Positions 19,010 to 30,710 of a stretch of DNA of 35,598 nucleotides are shown here, one piece after another. Position numbers and translations under genes: made by a program. Within the stretch, counting starts at the first letter, position 1, and each line of letters starts with the position of its first letter. Source of the DNA: a bacterium (GTDB lineage Bacteria > Hydrothermota > Tepidihabitantia > Tepidihabitantales > Tepidihabitantaceae); contig JAWOHE010000050.1 of the NCBI GenBank assembly GCA_046485285.1, forward strand, positions 1 through 35,598, in the 5' to 3' direction. The notes under the pieces are model-generated. The model was given only the letters and a program-made list of their open reading frames with translations, did no database searches and was not told the DNA's origin.

Positions 19010-20964
19010 TCGGCTTCGGCCTCCCGGCACTGCTGCCACTGGCCCTGCTCGCGGCCCTGCCGGTCCTGATCCACATCCTGTCCAGGGCACGGCTGCGCCG
19101 CATCGAGTTCCCGACCCTGCGTCTGCTCGAGAATATGGAACGGGAACGCGTCGCCTGGACGAAACTCAGGGAGGTCCTCCTGCTCGTCCTGCGCACTGCC
19201 GCCCTGCTCACTCTGCTGCTCGCCCTGGCCCGGCCCTACGCGCGCCCTCGAGCTGCCGCGCCGGTCCGACCCGACCTCATCCTGCTGATCGACGACTCCT
19301 ACAGCATGCGGCACGGTTCGACATGGCAACGGGCCCGGGCACTGATCGACGGGGTCATACGCGACTGCCCGCCTGACGGCCGGGTCGTGATAAGGTTGGC
19401 GTCTTCACCGGAGTCAAGGTCCGTCGCGATGAGTCGGGACGCAGCCGCGCACCTCGCGGACACGCTCCAGCCTTCCTGCTCCGCGGCCCGCGCCTCGGAC
19501 GGACTGGCCGCCGCCTGCCGAACCGCCGAATCTCTCGATGCCCGGCTTGCAGTCGTCACCGACCTCCAGCGCCGTTCTCTGACGGACGACTTCACCGTCT
19601 GTCGGGGCCACCCGGTGACGATCCTCGACGCTGGCGTCGACTCACCGTCTAACCTCGCGATCAGCAGCCTGACCCTCGAGAGCCCGATCGCCCTGCGTGG
19701 TCGGAACGCTATGGTGCGGGTGGAGGTCGCCAACTTTGGGCGCCAGCCAGCGACAGCCGTGGTCGAGCTCGAAATCGAGAGCGGCTCCGGCACCACCGAG
19801 CCTGGCCGGGTTGTCAGCGTTCCCGCCCAACAGGCCCGCAACGTCTCTTTCGAGACCCGTTTCGACCGCCCGGGTCCGGTTGTGGTTCGCGCAAGCCTGC
19901 AGGCGGCCGCCGACTCTCTCGAACTCGACAACACTCGACTCCTCGCCATCGATGTCCGCGACAGTCTTAACGTGCTGGTGGTCTGGTCCGGCCGTGTCGC
20001 CCCGGGCAACGTCGCCGCCGCGCTGACCGCAGACCCGGCCGGCCGGATCAGAGTCGCGGACGCCTCGCGCGAGCAACTCGGCCGGCAGGAACTGCGCGGT
20101 TATGATGCGATCATCGTCACCGACGCCTTGGCACTCCAGACCGGCGACTGGTCGCGGCTGCTTTTCGCGCTCGACCGCGGCACCGGGCTCGTGTTGATGG
20201 CAAGCCCGCTCCCGGCGGCGACAACGGCGCTTGCCGGCTTCGCCCGGGTCACCGGGATCATCGCGCCGTCAGGATTCGTGGCCGTCGGCGATATCGACTC
20301 ACTGCACCCGGTCCTGTCCGGCATCGACCCGGCACTGTGGCGGGTACCGCGCTTCCGGGCCACCTCGCGTGTCGAACCGGAATCCGCGCGCGTCCTCGCA
20401 CGCCTCACCGACGGGAATCCCCTCCTGCTCGAGGCAGCGGGCGGGCGAGTGCTGATCTGGACAACCGGCCCGGTTGCGGACTTCGGCGACCTGGTCCGCC
20501 GGGCGGTATTCGTGCCACTGCTCGTGTCCTCGGTCGAGCACGTTGCCATCGGTGGCCGGGTTGCGCAGGCGACGGTCGGCGACACGCTCCGGTTCCCGGT
20601 TGGCAGCTCCGGTTCGGTCGTCCTCGAGGGACCCGGCGGTCGGGCGGCCCTCGAACCGCGCCCGCGCGCCGGACAGATGGTCTTCGAGTTCGCCGAAGCG
20701 AATGCCCCCGGCAGCTACCGGCTCAACCTGCCGGAATCGGGGCGGACCCTGGCCCTGGCCGCGGTGAACGTCGTCCCGGACGAGGGCGACCTGGACCGAA
20801 TGAACCCGGACGAGCTGAGCCGTCACGGGGTCACGGTGCGGCGCGAGGCTGCCGGGGTCCGCGACCTTGTCCAGTTGCTGCTGATGGTCGCGGCCGCGGC
20901 CTTCGCCGCCGAATTGCTGCTGCTGCTGATACCGGACGCCAGCGGTCGGGCCGGGCGCCGCTGA
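19006..20964 (+). CDS. BatA N-terminal domain / VWA membrane protein
   Basis: LPVLIHIL...FPTLRLL..LLLVLR..LALARP; MIDAS DDSYSM; VTDLQ; C-terminal TM; ATGA overlap with DUF58. Confidence 0.85.
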   Translation: MIGFGLPALLPLALLAALPVLIHILSRARLRRIEFPTLRLLENMERERVAWTKLREVLLLVLRTAALLTLLLALARPYARPRAAAPVRPDLILLIDDSYSMRHGSTWQRARALIDGVIRDCPPDGRVVIRLASSPESRSVAMSRDAAAHLADTLQPSCSAARASDGLAAACRTAESLDARLAVVTDLQRRSLTDDFTVCRGHPVTILDAGVDSPSNLAISSLTLESPIALRGRNAMVRVEVANFGRQPATAVVELEIESGSGTTEPGRVVSVPAQQARNVSFETRFDRPGPVVVRASLQAAADSLELDNTRLLAIDVRDSLNVLVVWSGRVAPGNVAAALTADPAGRIRVADASREQLGRQELRGYDAIIVTDALALQTGDWSRLLFALDRGTGLVLMASPLPAATTALAGFARVTGIIAPSGFVAVGDIDSLHPVLSGIDPALWRVPRFRATSRVEPESARVLARLTDGNPLLLEAAGGRVLIWTTGPVADFGDLVRRAVFVPLLVSSVEHVAIGGRVAQATVGDTLRFPVGSSGSVVLEGPGGRAALEPRPRAGQMVFEFAEANAPGSYRLNLPESGRTLALAAVNVVPDEGDLDRMNPDELSRHGVTVRREAAGVRDLVQLLLMVAAAAFAAELLLLLIPDASGRAGRR

Positions 20965-21002
20965 ATCGGCCCGCCCGGGCTCCCGGCGACCCGGGAACTG
21001 GG

Positions 21003-21374
21003 CTAGAGCACCATCCCGGTATGAAGATACTGAACGTACCGGGAGAAAATCGTCTCGTCCTCCAGGATCGCCACGCGACTGATGATGACCGAGTCGGCCT
21101 CCTGGACCACTTTCAGGCCGTAGGCCGGGTGCCCCGGCTCCCGGACAATGTAGCCAACCTCGTAGACCTCCTCGGTCTTTCGGTAGCCACGCCCGGTAAC
21201 GGCCTCCAGGAACCAGGCGACATTGTCCGCGAGCATCGCCAGGGCCGGCCCGGCGGCCATCGGGTTGAGCAGGGGGATACGCACCACCTCACCGCCAGTG
21301 GCGCGCGAGTCAATCACCTGAGCCCGCTCGACATCATACTGCTGCTTGACCATCTCGAGCGTCACCTCTTCCAT
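21003..21374 (-). CDS. Hypothetical protein (123 aa)
   Basis: Protein-like composition, GC3-biased codons, own promoter; ATG at 21374. Confidence 0.7.
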   Translation of the reverse strand: MEEVTLEMVKQQYDVERAQVIDSRATGGEVVRIPLLNPMAAGPALAMLADNVAWFLEAVTGRGYRKTEEVYEVGYIVREPGHPAYGLKVVQEADSVIISRVAILEDETIFSRYVQYLHTGMVL

Positions 21375-21379
21375 GGCCA

Positions 21380-21408
21380 AGGTTAGCTGCGGATGGCATC
21401 GAAGTCAA
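21380..21408 (-). promoter_or_regulatory. Putative promoter of the 123-aa hypothetical gene (leaderless)
   Basis: TTGACT-N17-TAACCT-N5-ATG. Confidence 0.6.
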
Positions 21409-21529
21409 TAGGCCTGGCCCACCCCGTCAACGCCGACAGAGACGCAGGCACTCGCTCCGGTTCCGAACCGGCCGCCCCGGTCGGGAGGCCTGCCACGCTG
21501 CGCACTGCGCATCCGGCCCGGAGGTGGCC

Positions 21530-22774
21530 TCAGGCCGGTTCCTGTCCGAACAGGTGGGCGTAGACGCCTGCGTTCTCCCTCATGCTGGCGATGATGCAGA
21601 ACTCATTCGGCTGATGCGCTGAGCCGGTCGACCGCCCCCAGACGACGGTGGGGATTCCGCGGCGCCGAAAGAACGAGGCAACCGTGCCGCCGCCAATGCC
21701 GGCAGGAACCGCCTCGCGTCCGAGAACCTCGCGCACCGCCCGCGCCAGCATCAACACGACCGGCGCGCCCGGCGCTGTCGACGGCGGTGCCTGCAGCCAC
21801 TGCGAGGCCGAAAGCTCGACGGTCACACCGTGCTCGCGGGCCACCCGCTCCGCGGTCTCGGTCGCCGTCGCGAGCACGTCCTCGAGTGGGTACTGCGGCA
21901 ACACGCGGCAGTCAAAGTGGAACACGTCCTCGCCCGGAATCGTATTGATGTTCGGCACGTTCGCTTCCTTCTTGGTCGGCTCGAAGGTCGACTCGGGGGG
22001 CGAGTAGAGCGTGTCCGCGGCGGCAAAACGCTCGTGCAGGTGGCGGTCGACCGCGGTGACCATCGCCGCCCCGGCACGGTGAGCATTGCGTCCCAGGCCG
22101 GGCATTGACGCGTGCGCCTGCCCTCCCCTGACCCGGAAGCGCAGCCAGGCAATCGACTTCTCCGCGATCTCGAGCATCGTTCCCTCGGCGTTCCCGGCAT
22201 CGGGTACGATGACGAGATCCCCGGGCGCACAGAGCTCGTGGTTGGCCAGCAGCCAGTCGACGCCATACCTGGAACCGACCTCCTCGTCCGCGACGAGCAT
22301 CAGCGCGACGTCGCACTTCGGCACGAGCCCGACGTCGAGCATCGCGCGGACAGAGAAACACGACGCGACCATTTCCTGCTGGTTGTCTTCCGTGCCCCGT
22401 CCGTAGATGCGGCCGTCACGGACCACGGCCTCAAACGGGTCGGTATCCCAGAGCTCCCGCGGCCCGGCCGGCACGACGTCGAGGTGGGTCATGATCCAAA
22501 GCGTCCGTGCCCGGCTATCGCCCGGCAGGCGGGAAACCAGGCTCGGACGGTAGCCGCACCTCGCCGCCGGGTCGGGCGCCCGGTACTCAGTCACCGCCAG
22601 GCCCCAGCCCTCGAGCAGCGGCCTCAGGAACTCAACCCGGGCCTGCTCGCCCTCACCGCCCGACGCCGGGCTCACGGCCGGTCGTGCCACGAGTTGCCTC
22701 TGCATCTGCACCATCTCCGGCTCGAGCTCGCCGAGCCGCGCCACGATCTTGCGAAACTGGTCTTCACGCCACAT
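21530..22774 (-). CDS. M20 family metallo-hydrolase (ArgE/DapE-like)
   Basis: THLDVVP, GRGTEDN, DEEVG, HAS, GGGT, AHQPNE; ATG 22774 after an SD-like GGAAGG. Confidence 0.92.
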   Translation of the reverse strand: MWREDQFRKIVARLGELEPEMVQMQRQLVARPAVSPASGGEGEQARVEFLRPLLEGWGLAVTEYRAPDPAARCGYRPSLVSRLPGDSRARTLWIMTHLDVVPAGPRELWDTDPFEAVVRDGRIYGRGTEDNQQEMVASCFSVRAMLDVGLVPKCDVALMLVADEEVGSRYGVDWLLANHELCAPGDLVIVPDAGNAEGTMLEIAEKSIAWLRFRVRGGQAHASMPGLGRNAHRAGAAMVTAVDRHLHERFAAADTLYSPPESTFEPTKKEANVPNINTIPGEDVFHFDCRVLPQYPLEDVLATATETAERVAREHGVTVELSASQWLQAPPSTAPGAPVVLMLARAVREVLGREAVPAGIGGGTVASFFRRRGIPTVVWGRSTGSAHQPNEFCIIASMRENAGVYAHLFGQEPA

Positions 22775-22800
22775 AGCCACCTTCCTGATTATTCGAGCGC

Positions 22801-22828
22801 AGTCTATTGCCTGCAGGTACCCTGTCAA
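22801..22828 (-). promoter_or_regulatory. Putative promoter of the M20 gene
   Basis: TTGACA-N16-TAGACT. Confidence 0.6.
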
Positions 22829-22858
22829 TCGTAAGATTGACACCCCGCGCCGAGCCGC

Positions 22859-22903
22859 TTGACAGCAAAACAGCAGGCACTAGCATATGACTGACCAGTC
22901 AGT
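22859..22903 (+). promoter_or_regulatory. tetR/efflux promoter with probable TetR operator
   Basis: TTGACA-N16-TAGCAT, then palindrome ACTGAC-CA-GTCAGT (22890-22903) over the predicted start site. Confidence 0.7.
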
Positions 22904-22924
22904 TTTCCAGTATCTACCAACCAG

Positions 22925-23548
22925 ATGAAAACGAAGTCTGCCGCGAAACGGCTCGCCATCCTGATGGCGGCGCTCGGCGTCGTCTCGGAGAAGGGCTACT
23001 TCAAGACCAGGGTTGACGACGTGGCTCGCCGCGCCGGCGTGGCCAAGGGCACCGTCTACATCTACTTCAAGGACAAGCCCGCCATCTACATCGGTCTCCT
23101 CGGCTGGCTGGTCGAGCGGGCGTTGGCCGCGACGACTGCGGTCGCGGCGCGGCCGGTCTCCCCGGGTCGGAAACTGGATGAGCTCTTCTCGACACTGGCG
23201 TCCGGGCTGACCTCGAACCCCGGCGTGCTCGCCCTGCTCTCACCTGACAACATCCACCAGGACGACACGGTGTTGAAGCGCTTCCGGAAACAGGTCCTCC
23301 CCGAGATGATGAAGCTGGAGGGCGCGATCGCCGATATCGTGAAGCAGGGCATCGAGCTGGGCGAGTTCCGACGCATCGATCCGCGCGCCGCCGCAATGAT
23401 GTACCTGAGCGTGTTCCGCGCCGAGTCGCTGGCGCAGGGCCGGTCCCAGGTGACCCGGCCCGGTGATGCGCTGAAAGAGGTGTTCTTCCGGGGCATCCTT
23501 GCCGAAGGCAGGAGCCGTCCGGGACAGTTGTCAGACAAGGAGTCTTGA
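22925..23548 (+). CDS. TetR/AcrR family transcriptional regulator
   Basis: HTH KGYFKTRVDDVARRAGVAKGTVYIYFKDK; heads the efflux operon. Confidence 0.93.
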   Translation: MKTKSAAKRLAILMAALGVVSEKGYFKTRVDDVARRAGVAKGTVYIYFKDKPAIYIGLLGWLVERALAATTAVAARPVSPGRKLDELFSTLASGLTSNPGVLALLSPDNIHQDDTVLKRFRKQVLPEMMKLEGAIADIVKQGIELGEFRRIDPRAAAMMYLSVFRAESLAQGRSQVTRPGDALKEVFFRGILAEGRSRPGQLSDKES

Positions 23549-24936
23549 TGCGCAAGTTTGAAGTCTGCGTCCTGCTGGTACTGCTCGCGGCCGCGCCGGC
23601 CGCGGCCGACACCCTGCGGCTCGACGCTGCCGCGGCGGTCGAGCTCGCCCTCAAAAACAACCACGCGGTGCGGACCGCGCTGGCCAGGGTCGAGGAGGCG
23701 GCCGCGGGCAAGGCCGCGACCTTCGGCTCGCTGCTGCCCCAGCTCTCGGCCTCGGCCAGCTACGTCCGACTCGGCACGGTCAACAGGTTCACCATGGTCA
23801 CCCCGGTCTACGGCCAGTTCCCGCTCCGGGTCTACGACCCGCTGGGCAACCTCATCGGCTTCACCGACTCGATCCCGATGGCGATCGGCGCGGACACGCT
23901 CGACCTCGAGCTCGGCGGCGCCGACAACTTCTCGCTGACCGGCACCGCCGAGCTGGTGCTCTTCACCTGGGGCAAGCTGTTCAACGCCTGGCGCATCGCC
24001 GGTCTGTCGCTGGACATGCAGCAGGAGGGCCTGCGCCTGGCCCGGCTCCAGGTGCGCACCAGGGCGACCGAGGGCTTCTACAACGCCCTGCTTGCGCGGA
24101 AGCTGGCCGACCTGATGCAGCAGAGCTACGACCAACTGGAACGCCACATCGAGCAGGTCCGGGTGCTCTACGAGAACGGCCTCGCCACCGGTCTCGACGT
24201 CAAGCGGGCGTCCGTCGGGCTTACCAATCTCCAGGTCCAGCTCAACTCGGTCCGCAGCGGCGAGGCCTTGGCCGAAGCGGCGCTGCGCAACACTATTGGC
24301 GTCGAGCCGGAAACGCCCATCGCGCTGGCCGGCGACCTCGAGCGCGAGGACTGGGACATCGGCTACGAGGCGGCCCGCGATTCGGCCCTGACCCGCCGGC
24401 CCGAGCTCGAACAGCTCCGCCAGGCAATGCGGATGGCCGACCTCGGGGTGCGCATCGCCCGCACCGCCAACCTGCCCAGCCTGTTCAGCCAGTTCAACTA
24501 CGGCTACAAGAACCCGGTCGGCTTCTCGGCCGGCTGGGGCACCGACTGGAACCTCGTCGTTGGCGCCCAGATGCCGCTCTTCACCGGCGGCGCCAACCTG
24601 AACAAGCTCAAGCAGGCCAGGGCCAAGGAGCGCCAGGCCCGCATCGCCCTGGCGATGGTCGAGGACGCGGTCGGACTCGAGGTCCGCGCCCTGCACTCCG
24701 CCCTCGAGCAGGAGCGGCATAACATCGAGCTGCAATCCGGAAACGTCCAGGTCGCCGAGGAGGCCCTGCAGATGGCCGAGACCGGCTACCAGAACGGCCT
24801 TGTTACCAATCTCGAGTATCTCGATACCCAGCTCGCCCTGACCCAGAGCCGGGTGTCGCACCTGAGTTCGCTGGCAAACCACCGCATCGCCCGCGCCCGG
24901 CTGCTGCAGGCGATGGGAATATCCGAGGAGAACTGA
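23548..24936 (+). CDS. TolC family outer-membrane efflux protein
   Basis: SD AAGGAG; signal peptide; ALKNN, LPQLS, YENGLA..LD, RPEL, YQNGL.TNLEYLD. Confidence 0.92.
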   Translation: MRKFEVCVLLVLLAAAPAAADTLRLDAAAAVELALKNNHAVRTALARVEEAAAGKAATFGSLLPQLSASASYVRLGTVNRFTMVTPVYGQFPLRVYDPLGNLIGFTDSIPMAIGADTLDLELGGADNFSLTGTAELVLFTWGKLFNAWRIAGLSLDMQQEGLRLARLQVRTRATEGFYNALLARKLADLMQQSYDQLERHIEQVRVLYENGLATGLDVKRASVGLTNLQVQLNSVRSGEALAEAALRNTIGVEPETPIALAGDLEREDWDIGYEAARDSALTRRPELEQLRQAMRMADLGVRIARTANLPSLFSQFNYGYKNPVGFSAGWGTDWNLVVGAQMPLFTGGANLNKLKQARAKERQARIALAMVEDAVGLEVRALHSALEQERHNIELQSGNVQVAEEALQMAETGYQNGLVTNLEYLDTQLALTQSRVSHLSSLANHRIARARLLQAMGISEEN

Positions 24937-24937
24937 T

Positions 24938-25816
24938 ATGCGCAAGTTGACGACAGCACTACTGGTGCTCGCAGGCGTAGTCCTGGTCGGCTGCGGGCCG
25001 CAAGGCAAGGGCCGGGAGCGGACCATCCAGTCGGTAGCGTTTGAGACCGTCCGGCGCCAGACCGTCACCCGGACCATCGGCCTGTTGGGCACCGTCCAGG
25101 GCGAGAAGCAGGCGACCGCGCTGTCCAAGATCGCCGGCCGGGTGACAAGCATCGCCCGCCCCGAGGGCTCCTGGGTCAACGAGAACGACCCGATCGTCTT
25201 CGTGGTCAACGACATTCCGGGGATGGACTACCAGCCCGGACCGGTCCGCTCGCCGATTGCCGGTCATGTCGGCCGGGTCTACGTCGAGGTCGGCCAGATG
25301 GTCGCGCCGGGCGTGCCGGTCGCGGTGGTCGCCAACTACGGTAGCCGCGTCAAGGTCAAAGCCCGCATCAGCGACCAGGACCTGCGCTTCGTCAGGCCCG
25401 GCGCACCGGCGACCGTCACCGCCACCGCCTTCCCGGACACGGTCTTCGCCGGCCGGGTGACCGTCGTCACGCCGATGCTCGACCAGTTGTCCCGCACTGC
25501 CACCGTCGAGCTCAGCGTTGACAACAGCAGCCGCAAGCTGGTGCCGGGAATGGCCTGCGGCGCCCAGCTCACCCTCGAGGAGAAAACCGACGTCATCGCC
25601 CTCACGCGGGCCGCGCTCTTCACCAACGGCTACACCAGGGTTGCAGTCCTCGATGACAGCATCGCCCGGTTCCGGGACATCATTACCGGGCTGGTCGGTG
25701 ACCAACTGGTCGAGGTCACATCCGGGCTCGAACCGGGCGAGCTCGTCATCACCACCGGCAAAGAGCGCATCGAGGACGGCGGCAAGGTGAGGCCGGTGGG
25801 GGTCGGCCGGCAATGA
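24938..25816 (+). CDS. RND efflux periplasmic adaptor (MFP) lipoprotein
   Basis: Lipobox LVGC; lipoyl halves GRV..I...EG and SPIAG.V; LVPGM; GLEPGE. Confidence 0.92.
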   Translation: MRKLTTALLVLAGVVLVGCGPQGKGRERTIQSVAFETVRRQTVTRTIGLLGTVQGEKQATALSKIAGRVTSIARPEGSWVNENDPIVFVVNDIPGMDYQPGPVRSPIAGHVGRVYVEVGQMVAPGVPVAVVANYGSRVKVKARISDQDLRFVRPGAPATVTATAFPDTVFAGRVTVVTPMLDQLSRTATVELSVDNSSRKLVPGMACGAQLTLEEKTDVIALTRAALFTNGYTRVAVLDDSIARFRDIITGLVGDQLVEVTSGLEPGELVITTGKERIEDGGKVRPVGVGRQ

Positions 25817-28800
25817 AACTCACCGACTCCTCAATCCGCCGGCCGGTCACGACCGCGATGGTCGTGCTCGCCCTTGTGGTGTTCGGCGTCATCGGCGTCA
25901 CCCGGATGCAGGTCGACTTCTACCCCGACGTCACCTTCCCGATGGTCGTCGTCGCCACCGTCTACCCCGGCGCCGGGCCGCTCGAGGTGGAATCCGAGGT
26001 CACCGACCCGATGGAAAAAGGCCTCGGCACCATCGGCGGTCTGACTGACATCACCTCGACTTCTTCCGAAAACATGTCCGCCATCACGCTCCAGTTCGAC
26101 TGGGGAACAAACCTCGACGCCGCCGCGTCCGACATCCGCGACCGGCTCGACATGACCCAGGCGAGCCTGCCCGCCGAGGTCCAGAAGCCGTTTGTCTTCA
26201 AGTTCGACCCGTCGATGATGCCCCTCCTCCAGCTCGGCATGGCCGGCAACATCGATGAAACCGAGCTCGCCGATATCGCCGACGAAGTCGTCGAGAGGCT
26301 TCAGCGCGTCCCCGGCGTGGCCGCGGTGAACGTCGGCGGCCAGGCCGTCCGCCAGGTCCAGATCGAGCTCGACCTGCGGGAGTTCGCCGCCTCGGGCGTC
26401 ACGACCGACGCCTTCGCGATGGCACTCAAGGCCCAGAACCTCAACTTCCCGGTCGGTACCATCTCGACCGGGGACCTGCGCTATCTCATCCGGCTCATCG
26501 GCCAGTACGACGACCTCGACGGCATCCGCAACACCGCTATCGGGGCGCGCCCGGATGGCACGCCGGTGCTGGTCCGCCATGTCGCCCGGGTGAACTGGGC
26601 GCCGGAGGAACGCGAGGCCTTCGTGCGGATGAACGGCGACAGGGCCATCTTCATCTGGATCCAGCGCCGGCCTGACGCCAACACCATCGAGGTCTCCGAC
26701 GCCCTTCTCAAGGAGGTGGCGAAAATCGAGCGCGACCTGCCGCCAGCGGTGGAGTTCAGCGTCTTCTGGGACAGCGCCCAGCCGGTGCGCAACTCGGTCA
26801 ACTCGGTCGCGATGAACCTCGTGCTCGGCGGCATCCTCGCCTCGATGGTGCTGTTCCTGTTCCTGCGCCGGCTCCGGGCGACGATGTTCGTCGCCTTCGC
26901 CATCCCGGTTTCGGTCTTCTTCGCCCTGTTCGGCATGTACCTCGCCGGGTTCACCCTCAACATCCTCTCGATGGCCGGGCTGGCCATCGCGGTCGGGATG
27001 GTGGTGGACAACGGCGTCGTCGTCTTCGAGAACATCTTCCGGCGGCGCGAGCTGGGTGAGGAGCCGTTCCAGGCCGCGAGCGAGGGCACCACGACCGTCG
27101 CGATGGCCATCACCGCTTCGACCCTGACCACCATCGCCGTCTTCCTGCCGCTGCTGCTGCTCGAGGGCATCCTCCAGGTCTTCTTCAAGGAACTTGCCTT
27201 CGCCATCATCTTCGCGCTCATCGCCTCGCTCGGCATCGCCCTCACCCTCATCCCGATGCTCGCCAGTCGCTTCCTGAAGATGAAGCCGGCCGGCGCCCGG
27301 GAGCGGGGCATCCGGGGCTGGTCTGAACGAACCTTCAGGAATGTCGAGACGGGTTACTCCCGGTTCGTCGGCTGGGGCGTCGGCCATCGCAAGCTCATCA
27401 TCATCCTGACGACGTTAGTTCTCATTGTCAGCCTCGGCCTCATCCCGCTCATCGGTACCGAGTTCATGCCCCAGCAGTTCACCAACTTCACCGAGCTGTA
27501 CGCCGAGATGCCCATCGGCACCAGCCTCGCGAAGACCGACTCCGCCGTGGTACGGGTCGAGCAGTACATAGTTGAGAAGTGGGGCCCTGAGCTCAAGGCG
27601 ATGATCGTCCAGGGCGGCGGCGGCACCAACGTCTTCTCGGCCATCTTCGGCGGCGCCCGCGCCAACACCGCCGAGATCAACCTGGTGATGAAAGAGGACT
27701 CGAAGCGCTCGGTGCTCGATATTGAGAACGACGTCCGCCGCTTCGCGAGCTCGATTCCCGGCCTGCTGGTCCGGGCCGGCCGCCAGCGTGGCATGAACGC
27801 CTTCATGGGCGGCGGCGGCGCGCTCCAGGTCGAAATCCTCGGCCATGACCTGGCGACCGCCGACTCGCTCACCGCGCGGGTAGTCGCGGCGGTCGAGACC
27901 ATCCCCGGCGTGGTCGACCTCGAGGCCAGCCGCAAGCCCGGCGACCCCGAGATCCAGCTCCGCATCGACCGCGAGAAGGCGGCGCTCCACGGACTGACCG
28001 CCTACCAGGTCGGCAGCGCGCTCCGAACCCAAATCGCGGGAAACGCCGCCACCCGGTACCGGCTCGGCGGCAAAGAGTACGACGTCCTGCTCCGGCTCAA
28101 AGCGGAACAGCGCGACGAGTTGTGCGACGTGCTCTGCACGACCATCAACGGTCCGATGGGACCGGTGCTGCTCAAGGACCTCGTCACTGACCATCCGGGC
28201 ACCAGCCCGCTGGCAATCGAGCACAAGAACACCGAGCGAATCGTCAAGGTCGAAGCCAATGTTGTCGGCCAGGCGGCCGGCCGGGTCGGCCAGCTCGCGC
28301 GCGAGGTCGTGTCGGCAATCCCGGTCCCGCCCGGCTTCACCGTCCGGGTCGCCGGTTCGTTCGAGGACATGATGGAGTCGTTCCGCGACCTCGCGTTCGC
28401 GGTCCTCATCGCCATCCTGCTGGTGTTCATGGTAATGGCGTCGCAGTTCGAGAGCTTCCGCGACCCGTTCATCATCATCTTCACGATCCCGTTCGCGCTC
28501 ATCGGCGTGCTTTGGTCGCTGCTCATCACCGGCACGACGCTCTCGATCGTCTCCGGAGTCGGCGTGCTGGTGCTGGTCGGTATCGTCGTCAACAACGGCA
28601 TCGTCTACGTGGACTTCGTCAACCAGCTTCGCCGCACGCAGGGGATGACGCTCGAGGATGCGGTCAAGGAGGCCGGCCGCATCCGGCTCCGGCCCATCCT
28701 GATGACCGCGTTCACAACCATCTTCGGCCTGCTCCCGCTGGCGCTCCAGATCGGCGAGGGCTCGGAGTTCTGGTCTCCGCTCGGCCGCGCGGTCATCGGC

Positions 28801-28920
28801 GGGATGATCGTCTCAACCTTCCTGACCCTGGTCTTCATCCCGGTGCTCTACACCTCGTTCGAGAAAGGCACCGAGAAGCGCCGGCAGAAGAAGGCCGCCC
28901 GCGAAGCCGCCGGGTCCTGA
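25813..28920 (+). CDS. RND efflux permease (AcrB/AcrD/AcrF family)
   Basis: 1035 aa; IRRPV, YPGAGP.EVE, GMVVDNGVVVFENI, QFES..P, RLRPILMT. Confidence 0.95.
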   Translation: MKLTDSSIRRPVTTAMVVLALVVFGVIGVTRMQVDFYPDVTFPMVVVATVYPGAGPLEVESEVTDPMEKGLGTIGGLTDITSTSSENMSAITLQFDWGTNLDAAASDIRDRLDMTQASLPAEVQKPFVFKFDPSMMPLLQLGMAGNIDETELADIADEVVERLQRVPGVAAVNVGGQAVRQVQIELDLREFAASGVTTDAFAMALKAQNLNFPVGTISTGDLRYLIRLIGQYDDLDGIRNTAIGARPDGTPVLVRHVARVNWAPEEREAFVRMNGDRAIFIWIQRRPDANTIEVSDALLKEVAKIERDLPPAVEFSVFWDSAQPVRNSVNSVAMNLVLGGILASMVLFLFLRRLRATMFVAFAIPVSVFFALFGMYLAGFTLNILSMAGLAIAVGMVVDNGVVVFENIFRRRELGEEPFQAASEGTTTVAMAITASTLTTIAVFLPLLLLEGILQVFFKELAFAIIFALIASLGIALTLIPMLASRFLKMKPAGARERGIRGWSERTFRNVETGYSRFVGWGVGHRKLIIILTTLVLIVSLGLIPLIGTEFMPQQFTNFTELYAEMPIGTSLAKTDSAVVRVEQYIVEKWGPELKAMIVQGGGGTNVFSAIFGGARANTAEINLVMKEDSKRSVLDIENDVRRFASSIPGLLVRAGRQRGMNAFMGGGGALQVEILGHDLATADSLTARVVAAVETIPGVVDLEASRKPGDPEIQLRIDREKAALHGLTAYQVGSALRTQIAGNAATRYRLGGKEYDVLLRLKAEQRDELCDVLCTTINGPMGPVLLKDLVTDHPGTSPLAIEHKNTERIVKVEANVVGQAAGRVGQLAREVVSAIPVPPGFTVRVAGSFEDMMESFRDLAFAVLIAILLVFMVMASQFESFRDPFIIIFTIPFALIGVLWSLLITGTTLSIVSGVGVLVLVGIVVNNGIVYVDFVNQLRRTQGMTLEDAVKEAGRIRLRPILMTAFTTIFGLLPLALQIGEGSEFWSPLGRAVIGGMIVSTFLTLVFIPVLYTSFEKGTEKRRQKKAAREAAGS

Positions 28921-28939
28921 CCGGGCTCTGACTGCTGCA

Positions 28940-28960
28940 GGGCGGGTCGATGACCCGCCC
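28940..28960. terminator. GC hairpin between the convergent RND and glnS genes
   Basis: GGGCGGGTC-GAT-GACCCGCCC, perfect 9-bp stem; no U-tract. Confidence 0.45.
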
Positions 28961-28964
28961 CGCG

Positions 28965-30699
<1,735 letters not shown>

Positions 30700-30710
<11 letters not shown>

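Noticed and set aside
26995..27035. RND proton-relay variant (VDN instead of VDD; VVNN in TM10)
   Set aside because: A common variant among RND permeases; not evidence of novelty
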